Shown piece by piece: positions 40,163-49,900 of a stretch of DNA of 64,000 nucleotides. A model generated the notes under the pieces. It had not been told where the DNA came from. It ran no database searches and worked only from the letters and a program-made list of their open reading frames with translations. How positions within the stretch are numbered: position 1 is the stretch's first letter; each line of letters opens with the position of its first letter. Source of the stretch: Methanofastidiosum sp. (GTDB lineage: Archaea > Methanobacteriota_B > Thermococci > Methanofastidiosales > Methanofastidiosaceae); assembly GCA_035362715.1 (NCBI GenBank), contig DAOSDU010000002.1:131400-195399 (forward strand), given 5' to 3'. The position numbers and the translations under genes were made by a program.

Positions 40163-40681
40163 ATGAAGAATAAAAAAAGTGTAATATTAGTATCGATATT
40201 GATACTTCATCTCTTTTTCATAAATCCCGTAGTATCTGCAGATGTTCCAAGATCTTTTTTTGTGGACACAGCTAATGGTCAACCTCAATCAATAATAGTA
40301 GTTGGTAAAAATGCAGCTTCGATGGATTCGATTTCTGGAAGCTTAATTATTACAAAAATTCAAGCCGAAGCATACTATGAGGATCCCGCAAAAGGTTTAT
40401 TTAGGGTTAATATTTGGGATCGTGAGAAATTGATAACCTATGATGAATTACTAATGGAAGATGTCGCTAAAAAGAATAATCTTATACTTGTGGGCGGGCC
40501 CGTTGCAAATAGACTTGTAGCGAATCTAGTTAGAGAAGGTAAATCCAAAGTTGACTGGTATAATTCACAAGGGGAGACTGAATACATATCAAATGGTTTA
40601 TACGAACGTGATGTGATTATTGTCGCAGGTGCAGACAGAGAAAAAACAAGGGCTGCAGTATTACAATTGATTAGTTCTTAA
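40163..40681 (+). CDS. Secreted hypothetical protein (signal peptide; possible S-layer-associated domain)
   Basis: N-terminal signal peptide (KKSVILVSILILHLFFINPVVSA), then a 150-aa domain containing LILVGGPVAN. Confidence 0.4.
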   Translation: MKNKKSVILVSILILHLFFINPVVSADVPRSFFVDTANGQPQSIIVVGKNAASMDSISGSLIITKIQAEAYYEDPAKGLFRVNIWDREKLITYDELLMEDVAKKNNLILVGGPVANRLVANLVREGKSKVDWYNSQGETEYISNGLYERDVIIVAGADREKTRAAVLQLISS

Positions 40682-40748
40682 TCGCTCTATTCGAAATCAA
40701 TATCTATATATAATTGTAAGAATCTCCATAGGAAATCAAGGGGTTATA

Positions 40749-41204
40749 ATGAAAGAAGTATTAGTGCTATATACCGGACAAAAATATAAATGCAAGCAAT
40801 GCGGAGAATGCTGCAGGGTTCGTGGAGTTCCACTAACTTTATTTGATATAGAAAGAATTGAAAAAAATACCGATAAAGAGTTCGCTTTGTACGATATTTC
40901 CAGAAAGAAATTCGTAATTGAAAAAAGAATTTGGGATAATGGTTGCGTATTTTTGGATGATAAAAATTGTACAATACATGAATATAAGCCCTTGATTTGT
41001 AGACTTTTCCCATTGGGAGTTTTTTATAAACCCATATCTGAATCAGATACTCCTTATATATTAAAAAATGGAGAAAAGGCATACATATATGTCGATATCT
41101 CCTGCCCTGGAATTGGAAACGAAGGAGAACCTTTTGACATTGAAAAAATTTTAGAATTATGCCAGAAAATTAAAATTGAAATGGCTTATACATTAAACTT
41201 GTAG
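40749..41204 (+). CDS. YkgJ-family Fe-S/Zn-binding protein (CxxCxxCC)
   Basis: CKQCGECC near the N-terminus plus downstream Cys ligands. Confidence 0.55.
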   Translation: MKEVLVLYTGQKYKCKQCGECCRVRGVPLTLFDIERIEKNTDKEFALYDISRKKFVIEKRIWDNGCVFLDDKNCTIHEYKPLICRLFPLGVFYKPISESDTPYILKNGEKAYIYVDISCPGIGNEGEPFDIEKILELCQKIKIEMAYTLNL

Positions 41205-41210
41205 GTATTT

Positions 41211-41675
41211 ATGAGAATCGTAGAAGGAAAAAAACTGGATATTATAAAAAAAACTATTGAGAGCTATGGTGGAATCTTCGAGTTGCCTGCAAACAATATA
41301 TTATTGATAGTTGGCGATGAGGTATTTTTTGTTAACAAACTAATTTATGAAAAAGTATTAGATGAAAGAATAAACGAGAACTTAGTTTCTATGGGAACAC
41401 AAATTGGTAAATTCCAAAAAAGCAATTTTTTATTGGGTTTAGAATGTCATTTAATAATAGCTCCTTCATCAAAAAAATCAAAATTGAATGAAAAAGGCGC
41501 TTCTTTATTCTTATATGGGCGGGATGTTTTTGTTAAGAATATGGTGAATCCACCAAAAAAAGGGTATACAATAGTTTCAAATATAAGAAATGAAGTGATT
41601 GGCATTGGTAAATTTGATGGAAAGATGTTGAATAATGTTATTGATAGGGGGTCATACCTCCGAACTCTTGAATAA
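41211..41675 (+). CDS. Hypothetical protein, possibly PUA-domain/Nip7-like
   Basis: 154 aa; weak resemblance only. Confidence 0.3.
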   Translation: MRIVEGKKLDIIKKTIESYGGIFELPANNILLIVGDEVFFVNKLIYEKVLDERINENLVSMGTQIGKFQKSNFLLGLECHLIIAPSSKKSKLNEKGASLFLYGRDVFVKNMVNPPKKGYTIVSNIRNEVIGIGKFDGKMLNNVIDRGSYLRTLE

Positions 41676-41766
41676 TGTTTAGTTTAAAACATACAATGTT
41701 AAATTTGTTACACTAAGGTCATCATATTTAAAAGGTATTTTTAATTTCTTCATTCGGTGATACTTA

Positions 41767-42684
41767 ATGGTAGTTAATATGAAAGGCAAGCATCTTGCTT
41801 CTTTACATGACCTTACGAAAGAAGAAATATGGCAAATTTTGAAAACCGCCGAAACTTTGAAGATTAAACAGAAAACCGGGGAACGACACGAATTATTGTA
41901 CGGTAAAACTTTAGCAATGATATTCCAAAAACCATCAACGAGAACAAGGGTGTCTTTTGAAGTTGGAATGAAACAATTAGGGGGGCATGCTTTGTACTTA
42001 TCCTCTACAGACCTCCAACTGGGGAGGGGGGAAACAGTAGGAGATACGGGAGCAGTTCTCGCTCGTTATTGCGATGGTATAATGGCAAGGGTATTTTCCC
42101 ATGACAACATTATAGAACTATGCAAACATTCAACTGTTCCAGTTATAAATGGTCTATCCGACCTTTTACATCCATGTCAATGCTTGGCTGATTTAGAAAC
42201 AATTCTAGAAAAGAAACAAGAATTTAAAGGACTTAAATTAGCATTTGTCGGTGATGGAAACAACGTTTGTCATTCTCTAATGTTTGGATCTGCAAAAGTA
42301 GGGATGGATATGACTGTTGTCTGTCCAAAGGGTTACGAACCTGACAAACAAATTGAGAAAATGGCACTAGAAGACGGACTTAAACTTGAAATAACAAACG
42401 ACCCTAAAGGTGTTAAAGGCGCAGATGTAATTTACACAGATGTATGGGCAAGTATGGGTAAAGACAAAGAGCATGATGACAGAGTAAAAGTATTCAAACC
42501 TTACCAGGTAAACGAAAAATTAGTTTCACAGGCTCAAGACGACTGTATAGTTATGCACTGCTTACCTGCGCACAGGGGAGAAGAAATAACTGACGAAGTA
42601 GTAGATGGCCCACATTCAGTCGTACTTGACCAAGCCGAGAACAGAAACCACGCACAAAAAGCCGTAATGGCACTTTTAATGTAA
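41767..42684 (+). CDS. argF: Ornithine carbamoyltransferase
   Basis: STRTRVSFE carbamoyl-phosphate site and the HCLP ornithine site. Confidence 0.85.
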   Translation: MVVNMKGKHLASLHDLTKEEIWQILKTAETLKIKQKTGERHELLYGKTLAMIFQKPSTRTRVSFEVGMKQLGGHALYLSSTDLQLGRGETVGDTGAVLARYCDGIMARVFSHDNIIELCKHSTVPVINGLSDLLHPCQCLADLETILEKKQEFKGLKLAFVGDGNNVCHSLMFGSAKVGMDMTVVCPKGYEPDKQIEKMALEDGLKLEITNDPKGVKGADVIYTDVWASMGKDKEHDDRVKVFKPYQVNEKLVSQAQDDCIVMHCLPAHRGEEITDEVVDGPHSVVLDQAENRNHAQKAVMALLM

Positions 42685-42815
42685 TAGATTATTAATCTAT
42701 TATTCTTTTTTTATATTAATTTTTTAGTTACACTTTCTATTATTCTAACTTAATAGCATTAAATACCTAGAAAAATATATAAACTCCTACAAGAAAAACT
42801 GTAAAAGGGATACTC

Positions 42816-43046
42816 ATGAGGATTTCTAAATTATATGGGCTCGAATTGTATAATACAAAAGGCGAGTACATAGGCATAATTAATGATATTATTCTTGAAG
42901 TAAAAGAAGGAGTTGTCTTTGGACTAGCAGTTGGGCAAGAAAAAGGCATAGACAATATTGCAGTCGGATTCAAGGATGTTTCTGCTATCGGGGACATCGT
43001 TATTGTAAGGGCTAAGAAAGAAGATTCAGTAAAGCTTGGAATGTAA
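42816..43046 (+). CDS. PRC-barrel domain protein
   Basis: 76 aa with a PRC-barrel-like pattern. Preferred over the antisense 42767..42997 ORF. Confidence 0.5.
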   Translation: MRISKLYGLELYNTKGEYIGIINDIILEVKEGVVFGLAVGQEKGIDNIAVGFKDVSAIGDIVIVRAKKEDSVKLGM

Positions 43047-43059
43047 AAGGGTGTTCAAA

Positions 43060-43794
43060 ATGACGGGCAAAATAGAGAAATATCTTTTAGATAAATTGCA
43101 AAAGGAAAAACTTCATTTTTCTTTAGTTGACCCAGATAGCTTCTCTATAGAAGAAGCAAAAAGCGCAGCTGCTATTTCCGAGGAGGCTGGAAGCGACGCG
43201 ATATTAATAGGTGGTTCTACACATACTTTGGGCAATTATCTTGATATTTTGATAGAATCAATTAAAGCCAGTACAAAACTCCCTGTGATTATATTCCCCG
43301 GAGGTGTAGCCCAAGTATCACCCAAGGCAGATGCAATCCTTTTCATGTCTTATATGAATTCAAGAAATCCTTATTTTATTACAAAATCTCAAGCTCTCGG
43401 AAGTTTCCTAGTAAAAAAAACTGGAATCGAACCTATACCCACAGGTTACCTAGTAGTTGAACCAGGTGAAACTGTAGGGTGGATGGGAGAAGCTGATCTT
43501 ATTCCTAGAAAAAAACCCCAAATAGCTGCTGCTTATTCACTAGCCGCACAGTATCTTGGGATGAGATTTGTTTATCTTGAAGCGGGATCAGGCGCTCCTG
43601 AAACAGTTACTCCTGAAATGGTGGGACTTGTAAAAAAGGTCATTGATATACCTTTAATTGTAGGGGGTGGAATAAGATCTCCAGAATCAGCAAAGAAACT
43701 TGCTATGGCGGGAGCAGACATATTCGTAACTGGAACTATTATTGAAAAAGAAAAAGAAAAACTTTTTGACATAATAAAAGCCATAAAAAGTTAA
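43060..43794 (+). CDS. Geranylgeranylglyceryl phosphate synthase (PcrB/GGGPS family)
   Basis: TIM-barrel GGGPS motifs (ILIGGS, YLEAGSGAP, IVGGGIRS). Start chosen at MTGKIEKYL. Confidence 0.75.
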   Translation: MTGKIEKYLLDKLQKEKLHFSLVDPDSFSIEEAKSAAAISEEAGSDAILIGGSTHTLGNYLDILIESIKASTKLPVIIFPGGVAQVSPKADAILFMSYMNSRNPYFITKSQALGSFLVKKTGIEPIPTGYLVVEPGETVGWMGEADLIPRKKPQIAAAYSLAAQYLGMRFVYLEAGSGAPETVTPEMVGLVKKVIDIPLIVGGGIRSPESAKKLAMAGADIFVTGTIIEKEKEKLFDIIKAIKS

Positions 43795-43795
43795 A

Positions 43796-44100
43796 GTGGG
43801 CGGATTATAGCCCATCTTTTGTAATATTGGCATTGAACTAAGCGACCTACCACAAACCTCAGACCAGGTTTCATCGGTTTTAGTTTGGCCTTGCACCATG
43901 TGGGAAGGTATTCCACCGTTTCCTATGCCTTCTCAGTAGTTTTGGAATTTGTTGCCAAATTCCGTCTACATCATTTTCATCAGACAAAGGCCGTTTTTTT
44001 CTGTTCCTTTACCTTGGATTTCTCCAAGCATCTTTCGATGCCACATCCTGATCAGGTGGATGGAGCTTCCTCCCCTAAGGGAAGCCAATATTCCGCCCAC
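43796..44100 (-). ncRNA. rnpB: RNase P RNA (archaeal), about 305 nt
   Basis: An island of higher GC that no ORF explains. The 5' GUGGGCGGA and 3' UCCGCCCAC pair as a P1 helix. In the minus-strand reading GGGGAGGAAGCUCCAUCC pairs with ...GAUGGGCUAU near the 3' end as P4, with the universally conserved bulged U. GUGCAAGGCCAAAC matches the conserved GCAAGGCCAAAU region, and GAAACGGUGG matches GUGAAAxGGUG. The sequence ACAAAAGAUGGGCUAUAA resembles CR-V ACAGAAxxCGGCUUA. Confidence 0.6.
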
Positions 44101-44137
44101 ACAATAACTTAATAACGTTGAAGATATAAATTTATTC

Positions 44138-45163
44138 ATGAATATTCTGATGATTGGTGAATATCCTCCAAAAATTGGAGGTATTTCTACCCACATATCT
44201 CAACTAAAAAAAGAATTAAATAAACTAGACCAAGATGTTTTTGTTTTAACTTATTCAAATTGCTTAGAAGAAAAAGTATATTCTACAAGATTACCTAAGA
44301 AGTTTAGGGGATTTTTTTTTATTATATTTGGTTTCTTCAAAGGCATCAGAATTATTAGAAAAAATAAAATTGATTTAATACATGCGCATTTTGCCACAAC
44401 TCCCGGACTACTAGGCCTTTTTTTGTCTGTTGTTACAAGGAGAAAAAGAATTTTAACAGTTCATGGTAGTGATATCAATGTTTACTTAAATCGAAGGATT
44501 ATGGGCCAAGTGGTAAGATTATTATTATCCAAGTATCTCGTTATTATTGCTGTATCTCCTGATTTAGCTGAAAAAATTACACATTTTTCTAAGGGAGATG
44601 TAATTTCTATTCCCAACGGAGTTGACAATTTGAGATTTTTTTCTAATGTTTCTGAAAAAAAAGGGATAGGATTTATTGGGGCTTTGGTGAATGAGAAAAA
44701 TCCTAGAGAATTTGTTGAGCTAATCAGAGAACTTCGGCAAAAAAGAATTGTTGAACCAGCATATATCATTGGCGATGGGTATCTAAGAAAAGAACTAGAA
44801 GAAATTTCCAATGGACTAAATATTAATTATTTAGGGGAAATAGTAAATACAGAAAAATACTTGAATAAATTTAAAGTAGTTGTTTCAACTTCAAAAACTG
44901 AAGGATTTGGACTTTCTATTCTAGAGTCTATGGCATGTGGCGTTCCTGTAGTTTCACTTGTAAGTCCGGGCTCTGAATATCTATTAGGTGATTTGAATTT
45001 GGTAGTCCAAGATAAGAATCAATTAGCAGAATTAGTAGCAAAAATAATATTAAATCCAGAAATTAGACTTGAACTTTCCAACAAGGTACTAGAAAAATCT
45101 AAGTTATTTTCTTGGAAAAAGTGTGCTGAAGAGACCTTGGTCGTCTATAAAAAATTTATTTAA
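44138..45163 (+). CDS. Family 4 (GT-B) glycosyltransferase
   Basis: GT4 C-terminal domain (EGFGLSILESMACGVPVV) and the N-terminal MNILMIGEYPPKIGGIS. Confidence 0.75.
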   Translation: MNILMIGEYPPKIGGISTHISQLKKELNKLDQDVFVLTYSNCLEEKVYSTRLPKKFRGFFFIIFGFFKGIRIIRKNKIDLIHAHFATTPGLLGLFLSVVTRRKRILTVHGSDINVYLNRRIMGQVVRLLLSKYLVIIAVSPDLAEKITHFSKGDVISIPNGVDNLRFFSNVSEKKGIGFIGALVNEKNPREFVELIRELRQKRIVEPAYIIGDGYLRKELEEISNGLNINYLGEIVNTEKYLNKFKVVVSTSKTEGFGLSILESMACGVPVVSLVSPGSEYLLGDLNLVVQDKNQLAELVAKIILNPEIRLELSNKVLEKSKLFSWKKCAEETLVVYKKFI

Positions 45164-45653
45164 ATAATGGGATGTAAGGATTTATTTTTATTAAAATAAG
45201 AAATGAAAAACCTATTCCTAGTGCATATGCCAATATATCGTGGGCAATAAGCCAACTATAATCTTTTTCAAAAAGGTATATTGTCACGACTAGTCTTAAT
45301 ATATTCAAAAATAATAGGCTTATAAGAAATAAAGATAGATATACTATTTTTTTAGTTAATGTTAGTGAGGAAAGTACAAATAAAGATGTGAATATGGCAC
45401 CTGAAGCTAATCCAATACACCTTTTAGAGATCTCATAATTTCCAACAGCTACAAATTTCTCAGATATAATAAGTGGCTTTTGTATGTCTAAAAGTGCTAT
45501 CCCTTCCTTAACAGCTTCCGCTGTGAATATCCTAATTGGGGTATAATCGCTTATAACATAAAGAAATATGGAAACTATTGTTCCCTTAATAAAAAATAAT
45601 AACTTAACATAATTGCCCTCTCCATATTTCTCAATTATCTTATCTTTTATCAT
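45156..45653 (-). CDS. Exosortase/archaeosortase-family-like small membrane protein (candidate)
   Basis: Four TM helices. Candidate catalytic Cys in SKRCIGLASG and Arg in LNILRLV, in the order seen in the exo/archaeosortase core. Only 165 aa, shorter than ArtA. Confidence 0.35.
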   Translation of the reverse strand: MIKDKIIEKYGEGNYVKLLFFIKGTIVSIFLYVISDYTPIRIFTAEAVKEGIALLDIQKPLIISEKFVAVGNYEISKRCIGLASGAIFTSLFVLSSLTLTKKIVYLSLFLISLLFLNILRLVVTIYLFEKDYSWLIAHDILAYALGIGFSFLILIKINPYIPLFK

Positions 45654-45776
45654 TTATTTTTCAATAATAGAGACAGTTTTAAGTTTTTCCTTATTAATTT
45701 TGTAGATTTCGTAACATTCAGGGATAATTTTATATATTAATTTACTTTTAATTATATAAACAACGGAGGAGTTTTA

Positions 45777-46547
45777 TTGGGAGAGTCGCTAGTAATATCA
45801 TCAGGAAAGGGTGGTGTGGGCAAAACTACTATTTCTGCTAATTTAGGCATTGCTCTTTCTGAAGTTGGACTCAATGTTCTAATTTTTGACGCAGATATAA
45901 CTATGGCTAATCTTGAACTCATATTTGGGATGGAGGGATTACCAAAGACAATACAGGATGTATTGGAAGATAAGGCAAGGCCCCAAGATATAATTTATGA
46001 GGGCCCAGGTGGGGTAAAAGTCGTCCCAGCAGGTCTTTCGTTAAGAAGATTAAAAAAATCCGATCCTGATAAAATTAATGAAATATTTAAATTCTTTGTT
46101 GACAAAGTTGATTTGTTAATAATTGATGGGCCACCTGGTCTTGAAGTAGATGCCGTAACTTCTATCGCAGCTTCAGATAATATGCTTTTGATAGTAAATC
46201 CTGAAATAACTTCTTTGTCAGATGCATTGAAGATAAAACTTATAGCAGAAAAATTAGGCACAAGAATACTAGGAGTTATCGTAAACAGGGTTAGAGGAGA
46301 TCCAACAGAAGTTTCTGGGCCTGAAATAGAAGCAATACTGGAACTTAGAATAATTGGTAATGTTCCAGAAGACCAAATAGTAAAGAAATCAACAACACTA
46401 GGTAAACCTTTTGTATTATTGGACCCAAAATCTCCGGCTTCACTAGCTATTAAAGATATTGCAAAAAAAATTGCAGGAAAGAAGACGGAATTTCAACCTT
46501 CCAACAAATCGATGAATAAATTAATGGGAGGCCTATTTGGGAGATGA
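45777..46547 (+). CDS. minD: MinD/ParA-family P-loop ATPase (deviant Walker A)
   Basis: SGKGGVGKTT deviant Walker A; 256 aa. Confidence 0.75.
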   Translation: MGESLVISSGKGGVGKTTISANLGIALSEVGLNVLIFDADITMANLELIFGMEGLPKTIQDVLEDKARPQDIIYEGPGGVKVVPAGLSLRRLKKSDPDKINEIFKFFVDKVDLLIIDGPPGLEVDAVTSIAASDNMLLIVNPEITSLSDALKIKLIAEKLGTRILGVIVNRVRGDPTEVSGPEIEAILELRIIGNVPEDQIVKKSTTLGKPFVLLDPKSPASLAIKDIAKKIAGKKTEFQPSNKSMNKLMGGLFGR

Positions 46548-46755
46548 TTGTATGGCATTATTAGACATAATGATTAACAGCTGGATTATAATTTTTATTA
46601 TTGCCATAGTCAGTATAATTATTAATGTAATCTTGGGTGTTAGGGTTTATATGCAAGGAGAAGAGCTCCAAAGATTACGCGGGGGCAGGTTATCCAGGGA
46701 GGAACTTGAAATATTAAGGGCCCGTCTTGCTAGAATTAAAAAACTTTCCAAATAA
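46537..46755 (+). CDS. Small membrane protein (one TM plus a basic/acidic amphipathic C-terminal helix), translationally coupled to the minD-like gene
   Basis: 72 aa: a TM helix IIIFIIAIVSIIINVILGV followed by RLRGGRLSREELEILRARLARIKKL. Overlaps the minD stop. Confidence 0.5.
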   Translation: MGDDCMALLDIMINSWIIIFIIAIVSIIINVILGVRVYMQGEELQRLRGGRLSREELEILRARLARIKKLSK

Positions 46756-46917
46756 CCCTATGATTATTCTTAAAATTATACTTTTCTATTTTATAGTTAC
46801 AAGAATTAATCACTAATTCTAAATATTAAAAATAGTTATTGTTAAGCAATAATACCAAAAGCTTTATATATTTATCAAATCATAATTGGTAGTGGATATT
46901 CATAACTAGGTGGAACA

Positions 46918-49900
46918 ATGCAAAAATCCAATTATTTATATTTGCTAAATATATTTTTATTATCGATATTTATTATCGGCATTGTTGCAACTCCGGTTTT
47001 GGCGCAAGGCGTAATATCTGGAAGAGTAACCGATGATAACGTAACGCCACAAGGAATTAGCGGTGCTATAGTTGATGCTTACAAAGCAAATGATGCCAAT
47101 GCTTGCCCTACTATAAAAGGGATGGCAACAACTGATGTTAATGGTACATATTATATATACCCATTAGAACATGGAATGTATAGAATTAGGGCTTATGCGC
47201 CTGGTTATAAGTCAGAGTATCCTTTTTCTATGCTAGCCAATACCTGTACAACTTCATGTTCTCCTGATTATAACTTGACACTTAACGATACAAATGGTAG
47301 TATTATAGGGCGTGTTTTTCAGCCCGATGGAATAACTCCCATTGAAGGCGCAACTGTTAGGGCTTACTACCCGGGAACAGAAAATGTATTAGCAAGTTCT
47401 TTAACATCTGCAGAAGGTAATTATACCCTTTCTAATTTGGAAGGCGTATATGATATAGAAGCATCTGGAGTAGGATGGCTTCCAAAAAAAATAAGAGTTA
47501 CTGTTCCACCATTACCTTCGGTACTAATTCAAGATTTTGTTCTTTTACCTGGACCTTATTATGATCCGGATGCAGTATTCATGGGATGGGTAGAAATTGG
47601 TGATTTGACAGTCGTGGGAGATTACACCATACTACTTAAAGATCTCCAGAGAAGGCATCCATTAATGCCCCCTGAAAGAGGTATTTTGGAAGTATATAGA
47701 AAAGGTACAATGGTAATCCAACAGGTTGTAGTTCCCGGGGATACATTGTATATAGATGAAATAATGAAAATAAAGGTAAATGAGATTAATGATCACGAAA
47801 ATGCCAATTATTTTGGTAGATACAAACTTAACATAACTGTAACTAAAAGAAAAGAGCCGGAACTATCTATTAATCTGACAACTCTGTACATTGGAGAAAT
47901 AGATGATAAAGATAGAACTTTCTTGAGAGGAAGTAAAGAAGGAATAAAAACAGTCCTTCTAGGCGATGTCGATATCAACGCAAGTTCAGGGTCTGTTGAA
48001 TTTGATGACAATACTTATAATTTCAATGTCTCCGCAATAAATGGAAACATTCAATACGTATATAATTTTGAAGAAGTCAACGGTTCATTTGTCCAACCTG
48101 GTGAATTACGTCAAGGAGATATTATTACTATAGGAAAAGATGGCACTTGTAAAAATATTAGGCAATTAACAATTTATGAGATGGGCGGAAGCACAGTAAT
48201 TTGGGCGCCAATAATACATTCAATAATGAGGCCAGAAGATTTTGAATTTGAAACTGAAAACGAAATAGAAAAGCCTCAGTCAGACACTACATTTTGGTAT
48301 GTAACTGAAATTGAGAATACCGGAGATATACCTGCAAAAAATATTAAAATACATATAACCGCTAAAGATTTCACTTTTTTGACCGGTAATAACTGCTATT
48401 GTGGCTCAGACAATGAAGCATGTCTTGAAATAAAATCCATGGAGCCTGATGAAAAAAGACTAATTGTATTCAAATTTAAAGCCCCTCAAACTGATTACCT
48501 AAAAGTATCACCTATCCAAATTGATTTGTCATATCAAATGGGATATTTTAATGAAAAAGAACAGGAAGTAATTCAGGATTATTCAAAAAGCGATAAAACT
48601 TTAATTACAATAGTCCCAAAGCAACCAGAATTTCAAATTACAAGAAATATAGTTAAAGAAAAACTTTTCGTTGGGGAGACTACTGACGTTGAGGTCAGAA
48701 TAAAGAATACTGGAGATATAACGGCTACAAAGATAAAATTAATTGATTATATTCCAGATGGATTTGAACTAATCGACGGTAGCGCTACAATGAATATCGA
48801 TAAAATGGTAAAAAATGAAACATTCACTCTAATCTATAAAGTAAAAGCTCTTGAAATGGGAGAATTTGAATTTAAAACTCAATTAATCTTTGAAGATGAA
48901 GCAGGGAAAAACTACAAAACAACTTCAAAACTTGAACCAGTTACCGTAAGCAAAGAATTCCCAAGACTTGAGATTCTTAAAAAATTGGATAGAGTTACAA
49001 TATCTAGGGGAGATTCCGTTATTGTAGTATTAGTTGTGAGAAACACTGGAAATAAAATTGCAAGAGATGTACAAGTTCTTGATTTCGTTCCCGAAGGATT
49101 TAGATTAATTGATGATCCCAAAACAAAAAGAATAGAGTATACAATCTCTGAGCTAAAACCAGAACAAGAAAGAATGTTCAAGTATATAATAACTGCATCT
49201 TACCCCGGGGAATATAAAATAGGGGATACAAAATTATTGTATTATGACTTAGAAGGTCACAGTTTTGAACATATTGCATCAGGTACATCTGTAAGAGTAA
49301 ATGGCGAGCCCAAAATAACAATCTCCAATATTCAATACTTCAACGAAGAATATTCTTTTGCCGATTATAAATATGTGGATGTTGTATTAACTTTAACGAA
49401 TACAGGGGATGGCCTTGCAAAGAAAATTAGTTTCATCAATGCTATTTCAGGAGATATAGAGTTAGTTGACGGTGAATTGGGAGGGTTCATCGATACTCTA
49501 AAACAGGGTGATTCAAAAACAAGTAAATTCACAGTTAGAGTTCTTCAAGAAAATAAGGATAAGATATTCACAATTAATACCTCTTCAGAATTTGAGGATA
49601 TAGCTGGAAAAAAATCTAAATCTGAAGTATCAACAAATATAACTGTTGGCGGGAGGGCTCCAACTATAAATTTGCTAAGACAAGAATCTGAGTATAAGTC
49701 TGACATAATTAGAATTGGCCATATCATTCCAGTAGTTACAATAATTACAAACACAGGTGATGGCGATGCTAAAAACGTAAGGATTGAAGATAGAATACCT
49801 TCAAACCTTCAAGTAACAACAGGTATCAATTATTGGGGAGGTCAATTAAAACCAGAGGAGAGAGTAACTTTAAGATACACTTTAGTACCTTCTCAAGGTG

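Noticed and set aside
42767-42997. 76-aa minus-strand ORF
   Set aside because: The overlapping plus-strand ORF encodes a recognisable PRC-barrel-like protein.
43796-44100. SRP (7S) RNA as the identity of the structured RNA
   Set aside because: This was my first reading, because of the 5'/3' terminal pairing. The minus strand, however, shows RNase P hallmarks: P4 with the bulged U, GCAAGGCCAAA, and GAAACGGUG. The SRP helix-8 GGAAG...AGCAGC core is absent.
43687-44196. ORF-track ORFs 43687-43899(-), 43885-44112(+) and 43966-44196(-)
   Set aside because: They overlay a GC-rich structured RNA (RNase P RNA), and none has a protein-like composition.
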